The notes under the pieces were generated by a model that was not told where the DNA came from, searched no databases, and saw only the letters and a program-made list of their open reading frames with translations. Shown in pieces: positions 49,749 to 63,665 of a stretch of DNA of 64,000 nt (position 1 is the first letter of the stretch; every line of letters begins with the position of its first letter). Location of the stretch: positions 253,788 to 317,787 of the forward strand of contig NC_092676.1 in the NCBI RefSeq assembly GCF_964355755.1. The letters are read 5' to 3'. The translations under genes were made by a program, and so were the position numbers. This stretch comes from Antedon mediterranea. Lineage: Eukaryota; Animalia; Echinodermata.

Positions 49749-51912
49749 TTTGAATCTTGTTTATACAAAGTAAATTTTAAAACAAAGTTTAAGTAGACTG
49801 GTTGTGATCTTATGAGTCTGTTTCGAATACTTCCCGTATCTTATCCCACGGACTCCTACACTTTCCTTATAGGGGTTTCTAAATATAGTGCAAAAATCAT
49901 ATAACAGTACTGTACTACAAACAAGACATAACAAGAAATATTTCTTACAAAAAACGCTGCTCGCTTATTGAAAAATATTTTTTATTTCAAATGTTTTTGA
50001 ATGTGTCATTTTATTGTCACATAATAGATACAATAGTTATTTTACCTGAAAAAATGTAATTTAAAGCAACAAATACTTAAATTGTCTGTCAGACAATGGT
50101 TTTTGGGTTTCTTTTCATTTTTTATATGTGAATAAATATTACTTTTTTGTTAAAGAAGTGAATACTCAATTTCTGTCACTTTAGTTAATTTTATTGCTAA
50201 GGTCAAATCTGGGGGTCACTTCATCACCCTAGATATTTCAATTGTGAAGTATCCTATTACAAACACAAACTTTAATGGACTGTTTCGATAATAATTCAAT
50301 GAATATCTGACACTGACAGTGAATATAGGGATTTGTAATTTTAGCATGACATGTCCTAATAGACTCTTTCCCAGCCGTTTTTTTTGGGTCTACTGGAATC
50401 AATAAATCATAGTGGAGTTCCCATTTTCACAAAACTGTCTGTCCTTAGAACTATAACTGCTGCTTGCTTTAGCTTCTGATTGAGTAGTCCTAATGGGACG
50501 TAGCGGGCTAGAGCAGCAGCGTGAAAACACATACATAATTCTGCATAATGAGAAAAATATTTATAAGAAAAACATAGTAATATAACTCGGACAGGAAGTT
50601 AAAATACGTATTTTTAATAGTATTTACAATCTACATTTTGTTTATCAATTTTCGGCTCGTGTGCGTAGAGGAAGTTCCAATGTACGTCATTTGCGAATTG
50701 TTTTTTTGTTGTCTACAGATTAATTGAAGGCGATCCATTTTGTCATTTTAATAATAATTAATTATAGGTATAATATTTTTAAAATAATGATATCATCTTT
50801 GATAAACAGAGCTTCAGTACAGATCGCCGTTCGGTATCACGTCTAGCGGACGTTAAACGTCCTTCAGTATCGTGTCTTTTGACAATCTCCATCCCACATG
50901 GGATACTGTACGTAGTACAGTGAAAGATTATTAGAGGGTATGTTGGGTATATTGAGTCAATGCTATACATTTAAAGTTAGTCACCTTTTAGAAACATGCA
51001 CCTAGAGCGGGCGCTGTTCAATACTATTTTCCGACTACCTTATTATCCAAAATAACGTACAGCAGTATAAAAAGTATTAATTCATACTTCACGCGGCAAA
51101 ATTAGGCACTTGGCAAAAAGCCTAGTCCTCATTTTCATTTTAAATTTAATTAAACAATGTTCAAGTCATAGTCGTCATGAACGTAAACAATTTGAGGGAA
51201 TTATAATATGGGTGCGTGTTTATGTGCGCGTGCGTCGCCGCGCCTTAAGTACACGTCGTAGACTTACGTCGAATTACGGTAGGTTCATGCACACTTCATG
51301 AGGTACGATATGTTCTATTAATGTTCTAATAATGCTGGTTACCAAGACGACAAATGCGTGAATAATACGCCGTAAAATACATTAAAACAATGATTAATAA
51401 TTTTTCGTCGATTATCGCAATATGACTCATAGTTAATTGCCTTTGTGTTGTATGTGAGAATCGCAGGAAACGGTGCCACTCTTGGGGGCGGTATACGCTT
51501 TGTGACGGCTTCCGTTACAATTAAATTGAACATAATAACAAAAATAAAAACAATTATGAAAAATTAATGACATTTAAATGATTGTTTCAAAATGCCTCGT
51601 ATTACACCTGCAAATGATTCATCAATCGGCATTACAACAAACTTACAATAAAATAATTTGATTTGGATCGAAAGTACTAAAATTCGTATACAGTACTTAC
51701 AACGCATTTCGCTAACTAGTACCAAAGTGCCAATTTTAGTACTTTCGATCTATTGGATAAAAAAAAGAGAAAAAAATGTCTTCTAGTACAATAAACTGTA
51801 TCTTCTTGTGTCTTGAATATAGACCTCAATTCTATAAACTTATCGATGGTGTAACATATGACAACTTTCTATTGTCATCATCACGGATCGAGAAAGATAC
51901 TGACGTGTCAAA

Positions 51913-52125
51913 TGTTCAATGGAACTAGGTTCTATATTATAGATCATGCTCTCACGTATATCCGATCTCACGACATAGGTCTGTTGTTCAATGGAACTAG
52001 GTTCTATATTATAGATCATGCTCTCACGTATCCGATCTCACGACATAGGTCTGTTGTTCAATGGAACTAGGTTCTATATTATAGATCATGCTCTCACGTA
52101 TATCCGATCTCACGACATAGGTCTG
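51913..52125. repeat. ~70-72-bp tandem triplication
   Basis: TGTTCAATGGAACTAGGTTCTATATTATAGATCATGCTCTCACGTA(TA)TCCGATCTCACGACATAGGTCTGT x3. Confidence 0.92.
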
Positions 52126-55100
52126 TCTTTTCTATAGTTTATATACAACCTTTGCTGGTTTTCTTTTTATTATAATTTCTACACCACCAAGATATCCTCA
52201 ATACATACTTATTATTACATTAATATGCTGTATTTAGGCCGCATAATAATAGATATCGATGACGTGTAATTGTTATATAATGTAAATCTAATTCTATTTA
52301 GTATCATTGAGTGAGTGCTTAATGCTTAGCAAGAAACAAAGTCGGTATAATGTTATTAGAAACTCCTATTCTCGTTTAGTAAATTTAATAATTATTAGCA
52401 GATGGCTGAATGCAATCCGGAGGAAATTCATCAAATATGAATCTGCTGGATCACAGACATCAAGTAATAAATAATAAACCGTGTTCTTCTTGATTTTCTT
52501 GAAATTTAAGAAGCTCCCTGAATATCAACTGACATTATTACCAGCAGATGGGTTACCTTCTGAATTTAAAATAAACAAAAATTATGATGTCATGGGTTCG
52601 AATCCCATGCTGATCGGAACGTAAAATTGAAGCACAATAGTTAAAGCTATGCGAGCTTCATGTGTTTGGGGTTCACCCCTATTCCCCCACACATGAGGAG
52701 ACAACATCAAGGCATCTGATGTGGAACCGACCCAATGCTGTGGTAGGGCTGTAGGGCAGGGGAGCACAACGTATTTTTACACCACCTTTATTTGATTTCG
52801 TACATTTTATGTTTAGCGCCCTCAATTTTAAGAACACATACGATACTCGTGTGGTATCCAGGGACGTTAAATTAAAACAATTAGTCTTACTATAAATTAG
52901 CCTTTAGTTAAAATCATAATCATCATCAGGCCTGGGCTATTGATGCGAGTGACATGTGACACGACCGGTAAAACAAAATCCAAACATTAACTCTGGAAAT
53001 CCACATATTGTATCATTTTATGAAAAATGAGAGGGTTGGTAATGTACTGTATTTGAAGTCACTGAGGCATATCATTCTAATCATCAAAATAAGCTCATTT
53101 ACATAATCAATTATGCTAAAAATTTATGAATAAATTGAATTAACATTTAAGGTAACAACATGCGTTACTAATTACATTGTTATTGAATGGTACTAAAAAT
53201 AATATTAATTATACTAACAGTCCGGGTTCAAGTATTTCTGCTATCAAAAATATGAGCACACGACATATAATCCATTAACAAATTAATTTCTGTCTACTTT
53301 TCCAGTATAAAAAATAGAAATCAATATGAATACATTAAAAAACTTTAACCTCTGACCTTACAATCTACGCTAACCAATCTTCGAAATATTTCAAATTCAG
53401 AAAGAATTTTAAGCGAGATTCCGCATTTCATTTTAATTTGGAATGCGACATTTGTGAAGCATGCATGTGACAGGCTTTATGATTTATGTTGGCGCTTTTA
53501 ACATCATCCCTCCTCTCGATATGAGGCCTATACTATTTATGTTGGCGCTTTTAACATCATCCCTCCTCTCGATATGAGGCCTATACTATTTAGCATCAAA
53601 CGAAATAGAAATAATGGATTTAAAAAATGCATTCATGTTAAATAGAAATGTTTGAACAAAATGAATGTAACTATTAATTTATGGAAAACATACAATCCGC
53701 GGTAAGCTGAAGATTCTCCAATATCGAAATTATGCATTTGTCATACACAAAAAAAAAAAAAAACAGACTTTGCTAATAATTATCTTTGAATTGAAACATA
53801 TCTCGGTGTATATATTTCACCATTAGGCCTACAGTAGGCATATTCAATCATACACAATCACTTAATTATTTATAATTCATCATTTAATTATAACACACAT
53901 ATCTCAGTATATAAATCCAAAGGCAAATAACTGAAATATGACAATGATGTGGGTATCAGTGGCTGGATCTCAATGGAGATACAAAAAGAAAGCGAAAAGC
54001 TAAATTAAAACAGCCAGAAAAGTTAGCCGAGCTTTCGGGCAACACAGCCCTTTATAATAATAATTCACAGCAAGTGAAGGAATTTGGATAACGTCATAGT
54101 ATAAGAACTGGCAAGTACTATATATATTAACAGCATTTACAAATAAAACACAAATCAAATAGGAAAATAAATATCCTTAGCAATTACAATAAATTTGAAT
54201 TGGGGACATTTTTTTGTATAAATCAACAATCAACGATAAATAATTGTATCAATATTAAAATATTGACTTACTACTGTATATGTGTGTATTCATGTAGATG
54301 TTTTCAGTATGCGTTAATAATTAACTCTCATTACACGGCCAATAGTTGTCTGAATTAATTATTACTATTATCTGAATTAATTATTACTATTATTAATAGT
54401 ACTGCACGTGGATCTGCTATTAAACGGCATATTAACTCGATACAACTTTCGAAATGCAATTTTAAAAGTCAATGTATATGTTATCAGGTATTATAATCAC
54501 CGGTCGCACCCAGTCTTGGCGATATATCAATAAATGTCAAAGTGAAGGGTTACTGCAAAAAATATACCAATGACGTCTTTGATTTCATGTACATACCATA
54601 TTTGTCGTGTATAAACGTAGTATAAACGGATAAATTATATTCTGATAACGTACAGAATGTATTTATTTTCATGCATCAATATATTTTGTTTAAAATTAAA
54701 ACATTTTCTTGGATTCGGGCAAAATAAATATTTATTTATTTATGACTTTTGAGTTTGGTATGAGATTAATGTTCAGCTGGCATTCAGCCACGTGTTATCA
54801 ATATGTGATATAATCTCTCATCCTTTGTTCTAAAGACGCGATTTGAATACATTGACTGTAAATGAAACAAAGGGGGGATACAATAAGATAGATAACGATC
54901 TATATCATATTCCATTATTCATTGACACAATCAAGTTCAACAGACATGAAGAACTGCCAAGGACAAACCTCTCTGAATTACACACGTAATTTAGCACTAG
55001 TTGTAGCAGCAAGTCATGTTAATAAAGTAACAAGTCGAAGTATTGTTAATATATGTTTGGATGTAACAAGCTGCGGCAGGTGTTGTTGTTTAAAAAAACA

Positions 55101-55307
55101 CATTTAGACCTACAACAGTAGGCTATATATTCCAGTACGCAACTTTAATATTTTGGCCTGTCATAACAAAACCACAAGAACGTGGAAACAAACATGACAA
55201 TGTATTAACCCGGCCGTAACGACCTTACGTTGTAAAGACCGTAAGGAAGAAACTTATATGATTTCTCCTCCATGGAAGGACCAGATGATCGATCGCGTAT
55301 CGGCTTA

Positions 55308-55470
55308 AGGTTTGTTCCCACTAGTGACGCAACGCAAGGACGTATCGCAACGTACATAAGTGATTTGACCAATCATAAGCGATGGATTATTCGAACTGTG
55401 ACTTGTCATTGATGAACTTGCTTACGTTGCGCGTACGCCATTGCGTTGCGTCTCTAGTGAGACCCACGCT
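55308..55470. mobile_element. Harbinger-type MITE (family A)
   Basis: TTA, AGGTTTGTTCCCACTAGTGACGCAACGC...GCGTTGCGTCTCTAGTGAGACCCACGCT, TTA. Confidence 0.78.
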
Positions 55471-58400
55471 TTAAGAATTAACTTGATTACGATTCCAACT
55501 GTGTAGGAATCTAATGCCTAAACAGGTGGTAAACATTTGGAATCGTGTTCCATTTACCAGAATTATTTATTCATAACGGTCAGTCAAGGGTTAATTAATC
55601 ATTTACGTATTTATTATTAATCTCATGATCTACCAATGAATGATAATTGTCGTATGCCGTATAAAATATAAAAATATTGCTTAAAATTGTTAACTGAGCA
55701 AGAAGACTGGAGTTTTTAGAAGAAAAATTTGAATCGTTGGAGTAAAATCAACAAGAAATATTAAAGTAATTAGATACACTCATTTTCATGTGCGACATAT
55801 TTCACGTAAACATACGTCGTCTGCTTGTTCTCAATATGCACATCTGATTACTGCAATCTCATCATCCACTCTATACGGTACGGATCATTGTAAAGACGAT
55901 ATTGAAATACTCAAACTTCAAAAACAAATTACAGTATGTTTATCCGAACGAAATAACTCTTATCAATTATAAAATTAAAATAATATTAGTTAATATGTTG
56001 TTATTTTTTAAATCCCATTGGAATTGGCTGTTTTGACGTGGCACAAACCACATAAGTGCTACAAACTTTGGACCAGAAGGCATTGAATCCCGGAATTGTA
56101 CGGTATATAGCACTATACTATTTCTATTTCACAGGCATATTGGGCATGGGACCCTAACTTCGTTGAGACTGAACCAATACGACAATATTTATATACTTTC
56201 TTATTATTGATTTCAAAGCTATTAATTCTAACTAAAAGATTATGTAAGAATCCTCGGAGAGATTTGACAAGATAAGAAACGCATTAACTTTTGACAAATT
56301 CCACAGTAGGCCTTGCTGGTTTACAGCAGATTACATCAATGACATATACCACAGTTGAATATGCCAAAATGATAATGCGATGTGATCATCATGAGAGATA
56401 AGGTGAATTGACATCGTCCATACATATCATTATTAGGCAAAGTAAAATGGATTACTTGATCAGTCCCTCTTTCTTCAGTTGAGACGCCTAGTTGTCGTTT
56501 TTATATTTCATATAGCATTGATAACTATAGTATTAGTAATCATTTTGTAATGTTTGTGCTTTTACTAATGATGAATTCATATTATCACAAATATGTTCAC
56601 AAATTATAATTTAATAATTATTTCGTATAGTACGTCTTCTTTATACTCATAATTATAGTCACTTCAAAGATAGTCGATAGATAGAGTTAGTGTTTAAGGT
56701 AAAGTTACTTATACACTAGTGTAATCTTTGAAAGCTTTGTAATCCATATTGGCTTTATGTAATTGTAGATACTCTGTAATTATGCATTATTAATACGTGT
56801 TATAAATTGGAGTATCTCCATTACTGGAGAGGTCTCTATTGACCTTCACGCTGACCTTCTTGTATCAAGCGCAGCAAGAGACGGGGATTCCCCACTAAAA
56901 AGTTCTTTGAAATTTGAGTAAAGAAGGTTGCTTTTAAATTCAATTTGGAATTGCTTACCACAATTCAGTACATGAATTCTATTTTAAGTATGGAATTAAA
57001 GATTTCTCGCCGACTATCATTTCTTTTCATGCGAGCCTTATTATGAATTATCAGTGTACGAATTACCTACCCACATAAATTTCGATTCAATTCAAATCGT
57101 TCGAGTATGACTGCTATTTTAAGGTGAGCATTATAGTCTTGTTTTATGGCCTGACTAAGTACGTTTCATTTTAGTGGTGTTATTGTACCCACGTAATGTA
57201 TTACCACCTCAGACAATCCGCCCCATATTCTAATTTTAGTTGTTGGTTTTAATCAATTAAAGTTTCTCATGTCTTTTAATATACATTCAGATCTCTCACC
57301 ATAAATTCCATTCCATTCTATTATAGGTTCAAAAGCAAACGGTATTTTGTCTTAAAATGTCAGTATTATACTCAACAGTTTCAATTGAATCAACATTATA
57401 TACTTTCTTTACACGGAGACGCTCTTCACAATATAAAAATCAATACCATTCAAATTAATTCGGCAAATGTGTGTAATTTAGTACATTAAAAATCGATATA
57501 AATTTTTTGAATTATTCATATTTTTATAGCCCAGAGGATAAAACAAATCAATTATTGTTTAAAGCTCAGAACAGGAAGGATTCAACGAGGGGTAATTTAG
57601 GAACAATTGAAGACTTAAGATTGACAGCAGGGCTGAGTTCGCGTGCTTAATTTCAGTTTTTTTGTACTATCAATTTTCAAACTGTCTCGTAATTCAGAAA
57701 CTAAATTATAAGTGAGAAATTCAAATTTAGAAAACAAATAATTGTGAAAGATCCTTTTCATTTTCTACGATCTGTTGGCATCCATGTGGATGGTGATACG
57801 TCAGACAAACAAAATGTCACACATTTGAACAAAACAACATAGTACAAAAATAAAATGTGATAAAAAATAACACTATAGTAATGTATATAAACTGATAAAA
57901 ATGGTAATATTATACGAGTGTTTAGTCCCGTGTTGAGTGCGTTTGTCAAATTCTTCCAAGCGTGTAGATATTTCAAACGTAGTGTGAAAATATTTCGTAC
58001 AAATACCACAGGCTTATCTGTTTATGTAGTTACAAAAAGCATAAACAGAACCTGAGGCGGAATAAAAACGGGCAGCCGATGAAAGGTTTGTGTCGTCGTA
58101 ACAATAGTAAGCAGCCTGGTTATTATATTATTTTTCTGTAGACTGCGAACACTCTGGTGTAGTGCACATAATGAACCGTTATTTACAATTCAAATCATTG
58201 AACCTCTCTGTTGTGCTAGCCTACCAAATGCATTTAACATTTTCGGTTGCCTATTTTGTCAACAATTTTGTATGTACATCCATGTACATGTTAAAAAAAG
58301 AAACAAATGGGTTTTTTTCTTCTAATTAAATAAATTGTACGTTACGTAAGATACAAAAAGAAACAGTACTTATTTTTTTTTTAATATAACATGAACCAGG

Positions 58401-58573
58401 TCCATTATTGTCTGTCGGCTTAACCCTCTAAAATATTATAAACTACACTATCTATAACATGCTTTGCAAGTTAATAAGTATGACATGTCATTAAAGAGGA
58501 ACATTCTCATCCCTAGAGATGTCAGCGAGTGGAGAATTTGAAAATGCCGAATTATAAAAGAGTGTGAACTCAC

Positions 58574-58645
58574 CGCTATTGCAACAACACATATCACCAT
58601 TAGGATATATTTCGTACACCATATCATCGTATTGTCTTCTCCCAT
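58574..58645 (-). CDS. Candidate alternative first coding exon of the tetraspanin
   Basis: AAAATG start, encodes MGEDNTMIWCTKYILMVICVVAIA, phase-0 donor GCG|GTGAGT. It has the same CxKY-hydrophobic pattern and phase as exon 49748-49683 and joins exon 45614 in frame. Confidence 0.6.
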
Positions 58646-59040
58646 TTTAAAATTCAAAATTCTTTGTATCAAATAGAAAATAGCCAGCTAAATAATATCC
58701 AAAGTAAAATGGTAGTGAAGGCTGGAGGCTGCGTGTGTTCTCTCTCCCGTGTTGATAGCCTTCTTTCGCCTATGGACCCTCCAAGGTCAAACAAAAGCGA
58801 GCCTACAATGCGATAATTACAGAAACTCACACATGCGTATTACAAAGCCTTCTAAAAGATACAAAAGTGAAGAGGCTTTTATTAATGAGGGCGTCCTCTC
58901 TATTTAAAAATCAGTCTTGTTGAGTTGCTGATTCCTCATCAAAAAACGAGACTGTAAAATATAATCTTTAGTTCTTAACTAAAGTATAGTAACACTGCAA
59001 ACTTTACTAAAACATTTGTTTGTCTCTATTCGGAAGTCTA

Positions 59041-59171
59041 AAGTCTGTCAAACTAGTTTGACAAAAAAAGTGTGATCTGTCCAAATACATGGTTGTGATG
59101 TGCTTAAATATGGTAGTGGTATGACATCCTAATTTGATCACACTTTTTTGTCATACTAGTTTGATAGTGTA
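59041..59171. mobile_element. Degenerate Harbinger-type MITE (family B)
   Basis: TCAAACTAGTTTGACAAAAAAAGTGTGAT...ATCACACTTTTTTGTCATACTAGTTTGATAGTGTA. Confidence 0.65.
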
Positions 59172-59659
59172 TTTTGTATTTTGTATTTTATATTTGTCCT
59201 CAAGCTTTTTAAACTGGAAACTGAAAAAGAGCTTTGGTTTGCTTAAGTTGATGCCAATCCAGGAATTTGCTCAAAATTAATTTGCTATGTAGAAAAGCAA
59301 TGCCTGATCAAACGAACCTGTATCATCTGTTATTCGGATATAAAATCAACTTTAGTATCCTATAGGCCTAATTTATATTTCACCATCAGAATCAGTCCTT
59401 CGTTTCCTGTGTTTCTAAATTGTGTTTTTCATGTCTGTTACGCGTACGTTGTTTAATTTAGGTTTAAAAATATATATATGTGTCAATTATTTATTATGAC
59501 TTTGCTGTAAATTACGAATGTTTTGTGTTATTTAAATGAGAACTGTGACGTCACACAATAACTTTAAGCTTGAGTGGTTCTACATCAGCATTCAATAGTC
59601 CTGTCAGTTTCACCGTCAGTTTGCAGTTGTGTTGGTAGTAACACGGGCAATTGAAGAGG

Positions 59660-62600
59660 ATGGATACTATGTTGTTAATACAAGCTGTCGTTTGTTTTCA
59701 GGTAATAAACATATTTGATTAAATAAGTTTAGGTTTATTTAAGCTACATATCAAATGGTAAACAGATACTATATATAACATACTAGTTCATTCACAAAAA
59801 TATTTAGACAAATGATTGTCATTTTTGTTTTGGTATGCGAGTTCCATAATAAGTAAGGACATGGCCTTATTAAGACTTAAATTCGTTCCTTTTACTTTAC
59901 TTACATTTGACATTCGAAATTAATAGTGGTCGTAATCGTCCGGTGGGAAATATTGTAACTACCGGTTTGATAACAATACTTCATTTTAGGTGGCCGGATT
60001 AACGTCGACGTACGATCGATACGAATACTAATTATAATAAAAGATTCATCAATATATAAAGTATTATAATATGCCTACAATATACAGTACTAATAACAAC
60101 ATGACATACCATTACCAGTACGTATTTCACATTCATATTTGTGTGCCGTTTTAGGTTCACAATCTGTATTTACTTTTAGGATTAATGTTTGAGGGTTTTA
60201 TGTAGGCCTAAGGCTACTGTGAATTGTTTTTATACTGCAAGGACCGTGTATGATTGTTTTTAAACATTTTATTGTTGCATTGATATGTAAATCATGCAGT
60301 AAGCAATACAGTGCAATCAAAAGAAACCTAGACTCCAAATAGGAAAAACGCAATGGGTTCTGTTCCCTTGGGGTTTTACCACAATGTATGGTTTTCCCCA
60401 TCTTCGTTATATAGGGCCTATACATACATCGACTATTATTGTAGTTGTATCTTTGACAAAAAATGATATTCTATTATTTTCCTGTATGTTAGTCTTGGTG
60501 TACATGCTCTATATCGTTGTCGCTTTGATTAGGTAGAAATAGTATTAATGTTGTACCAGGCACCTTTGCTGTTGTACCTACCATGACCCGAAATGGGCCC
60601 GAAATCTAAGCCAAGATGAATCCGACACCAGGTTCACCCACAGTGCTTTTCGGTGTGCATGATTATACAGAAATTACCATGACAACACTGTAGTATGTTC
60701 TATTATTGAGGTCAAGAGATATTAGCGAAAAGGATGTACGTGATGGGGGTTAATATTTACAGATGTATACATTGTTTGAAATCGGTTAGTAAGTCTGCTA
60801 AACTTGTCAGAGTAGACAATACTTTAAACAAAATGCTATTGTAAACTTAACAACAAGCCTACAAAATGATAATCTCTTCTTAATCCGCTTCTAAATTCTC
60901 TGAAACGAGAGTTCTTTGCTTTTTTAAGCATTTCACCAAGTAAGGCAATTTTTGCATTGGTAGAAGTAATGGGATATGAAGGTACCTCGAGGGGTACAGA
61001 AATCACAACAATTTGTTGTTCACTAACAGATACATATCTTTGTAAGTTATTTTGGAAATATTCTTTTTTTTTTTCTACAAACCAAATGAACATTTTCAAA
61101 CATATTATCTTTGTAGTTGTGTTCTTGACTCTTTGTATTTAACATTTTATAATTAACACTATTCTCAAAAACGGACCCAACCAACACAATACCTTCAATA
61201 CCGCGGTATATAGCAATTTTATAAATTGTCAATGAGGTACATTTAATATTATTATTGTCTGTTTTGCGTGTTTCTATCAATTTATGTGTAAACACAAACA
61301 CCAATCAATAATTGAAACACCATCAGGTTATATAAATTGACAGATATCGATTATCAGGTCAAGTACTGTGTTACTCGACAATAGTTTTTGTCAGAGAACA
61401 ATTCACTGAATGTGTGCAGTCCTAAACGGTCGAGATTATAATTATAGTAAGGCCTAAATTGGAAATGTTTGATCGGTTCTTAATGAGAGAACGTAATTAA
61501 GAATTTACCACTAATGTATCGTGGTATTTTATTGCTCGTGACATTTTAGTATCACTTAGTTGTAGCAGCATTTTCAAGTTTCAAAGTTTTATTCTTATAG
61601 TGGACCAACAACTTCTATCGTAATTTTTATCTGTTTTATCAATTGTAGGCCTACTTCAGTTTCGTTTTTCGAAGCATTGTTTTTCTTTTTACCAAAAATA
61701 ACAAAAACACAAAACAAAGTGGCTGAACCGTGAAAGGGTGATTCACAATTGAAGTTGTTAACGTCTGAATCATAAATCCTATTATACACTATCAATCCGT
61801 CTTCTAATGCTTCACAATTGGTAATAGTTCACAAAAGAATTATTGGAACCTTCCCATATTTTAGGGTTCAAATGATTAATATCGCATTACCGTATAAGGA
61901 CCTAAAAGACGTAGTAATATTTCAGTGTCCTAACTTGGTTACAAAATGAGTAAGCTACTATTAAGTAAAATAAATATTAAATGCGATTTTAATGTGCTTT
62001 GCCAAAGTGCAGGTAACTTGATCAATACCAGGGAGTTGTTATTTAATGACATTATCCTATTGGTGAAAGGGGAACAAGTATCAAAACTAAAGTCCCTACT
62101 TATCGTATGTAATTTAGTCATATACATAAAACTTAACACCTACTGATTATTTTCCCTATGTTCACACATTATCAACATTTTAATTAAATTTACCTATCAA
62201 CCATCTAGAAACTGATTTCTAATACCACAGTTTAGTTTTTACGTACGTTATGTTTAGATTTGACGCTACACACACAATTCAATGGCGCCCTTTACATCGC
62301 TGGCATGATTGTTTGGAAACAATGTCTCTTTATTTCATATTTTTACAACCAAATATTTGATAAAAGACAAGTTACCAGATAGGTTTTTGTTTTAGGCTAG
62401 CCTATTTCGATTGACACGTTCTGAATATCTGACAGAGTTTTTGTTTGTTAAGTGGTCTCTGATTTTAAACTACATTCACTGACCTTTATCTCGACCTTCA
62501 TTATAGTTAAAATACAACAAACAGAACAACATTTTAATCTGGTTTTAAATTTCCTTAGCACATATTGTTCTCAACAAATACGTGTGAACTTGAATGCACG

Positions 62601-63637
62601 GTGTACAGCCGTCGTACGTTCTTTTATTATTTCATTTGTCCAATATTCAACTGTTGTATCCAAATACGGTAGTATTAAATAATAAGTATTTACAATTAGC
62701 CTCTCAAGTCATTAATAACCATAAATATTGTTGCAATAAAAATTAATATTTATAATATCTTCCGCTTTTCAATAATTATTGACAACATAATAATATGTCG
62801 ATTGCACTTTGATTAAATATATTAAATGATAAAACGCAGTTTTATTTGTTTTTTTATCTTCCAATTGGACAAAGTTTGTCGGTTTTGTATGTAGACTTAG
62901 GCCTATGTTTTTAATGACTCTATATACTTCATAGAAATAGGCCAAACAAACAAAACCTTTTCTTGTATGACAATAGGCAGTAGTACTTGTGCTCAGTGAA
63001 GTGGAAATTGAGATCAAACTAGATCACTATCAAAATCCCTCAAGTAAGGAGCTGAATGGTAATTGTTGTGACGTCTTTTTCGGAGCATGCAGCCTTAATC
63101 GATGCGATAATAGATTCAAAATATGCCTTGATAATCCAGGAAGGTAAACATTGTTTAAACATATTTTCCTGTTTTCATGGTTTTAGAAATGTGTCGTGAA
63201 ATGAAATGAGCAATAAGTTCCTGCACTCCTGTGAACGAGAAACAATGCAGATTTCAATATGCCAAATTCTGAGTTTTCTGTCTACACTATCAAACTAGTT
63301 TGACAAAAAAAGTGTGATGTGTCCAAATATGGTAGTGATATGACATCATGTCCATATATACATCACTTTTTTTTTCACATAAAGTTTGAGAGCAACCATC
63401 TTTTAATATTGATGACGCTCAAATGGTTCATTTTAGGATGTTGATCATTGGTTGATTTAGCAAGTAAACTTTTAATAAACTGATTTGTTTGTTTACAGTT
63501 CAAAGTCATTCTCACAGTGTCCTATTGGCAGTGAAACTTCAACTAGAGTGTACGAAAATAATGATGACTTCAACTTTCCGTCATCCTTGCCTGGCGGAGT
63601 GTCCAATCCGTTTACAAAAACGCATTCGTCTTGGCAG
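59660..63637 (+). CDS. Delta/Serrate-type Notch-ligand-like protein, N-terminal part (signal peptide + MNNL/C2 domain); continues beyond window
   Basis: Exons 59660-59701, 62977-63143 and 63499-63637 join in frame: MDTMLLIQAVVCFQ|AVVLVLS (signal peptide), then EVEIEIKLDHYQNPSSKELNGNCCD...CSLNRCDNRFKICLD...CPIGSETSTRVY..DDFNF...GVSNPFTKTHSSWQ, matching the MNNL pattern NGxCC...C...FxxCL...CxxG...NP...W. TATTTAAA at ~59529 and TGACGTCA at ~59546 lie upstream. Confidence 0.78.
63275..63390. mobile_element. Harbinger-type MITE (family B), partial
   Basis: TCTGTCTACACTATCAAACTAGTTTGACAAAAAAAGTGTGATGTGTCCAAATATGGTAGTGATATGACATC... Confidence 0.7.
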
Positions 63638-63665
63638 GTAAATCATTATACATTCTCTTTCTAAA

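Noticed and set aside
54922-55107. ORF ending SCGRCCCLKKHI resembling a tetraspanin N-terminus
   Set aside because: Wrong strand relative to the tetraspanin, with no TM segment or donor site.
50000-58500. Short ORFs across the long non-coding region
   Set aside because: No recognisable domains, no consistent exon chains, and composition typical of AT-rich non-coding DNA.
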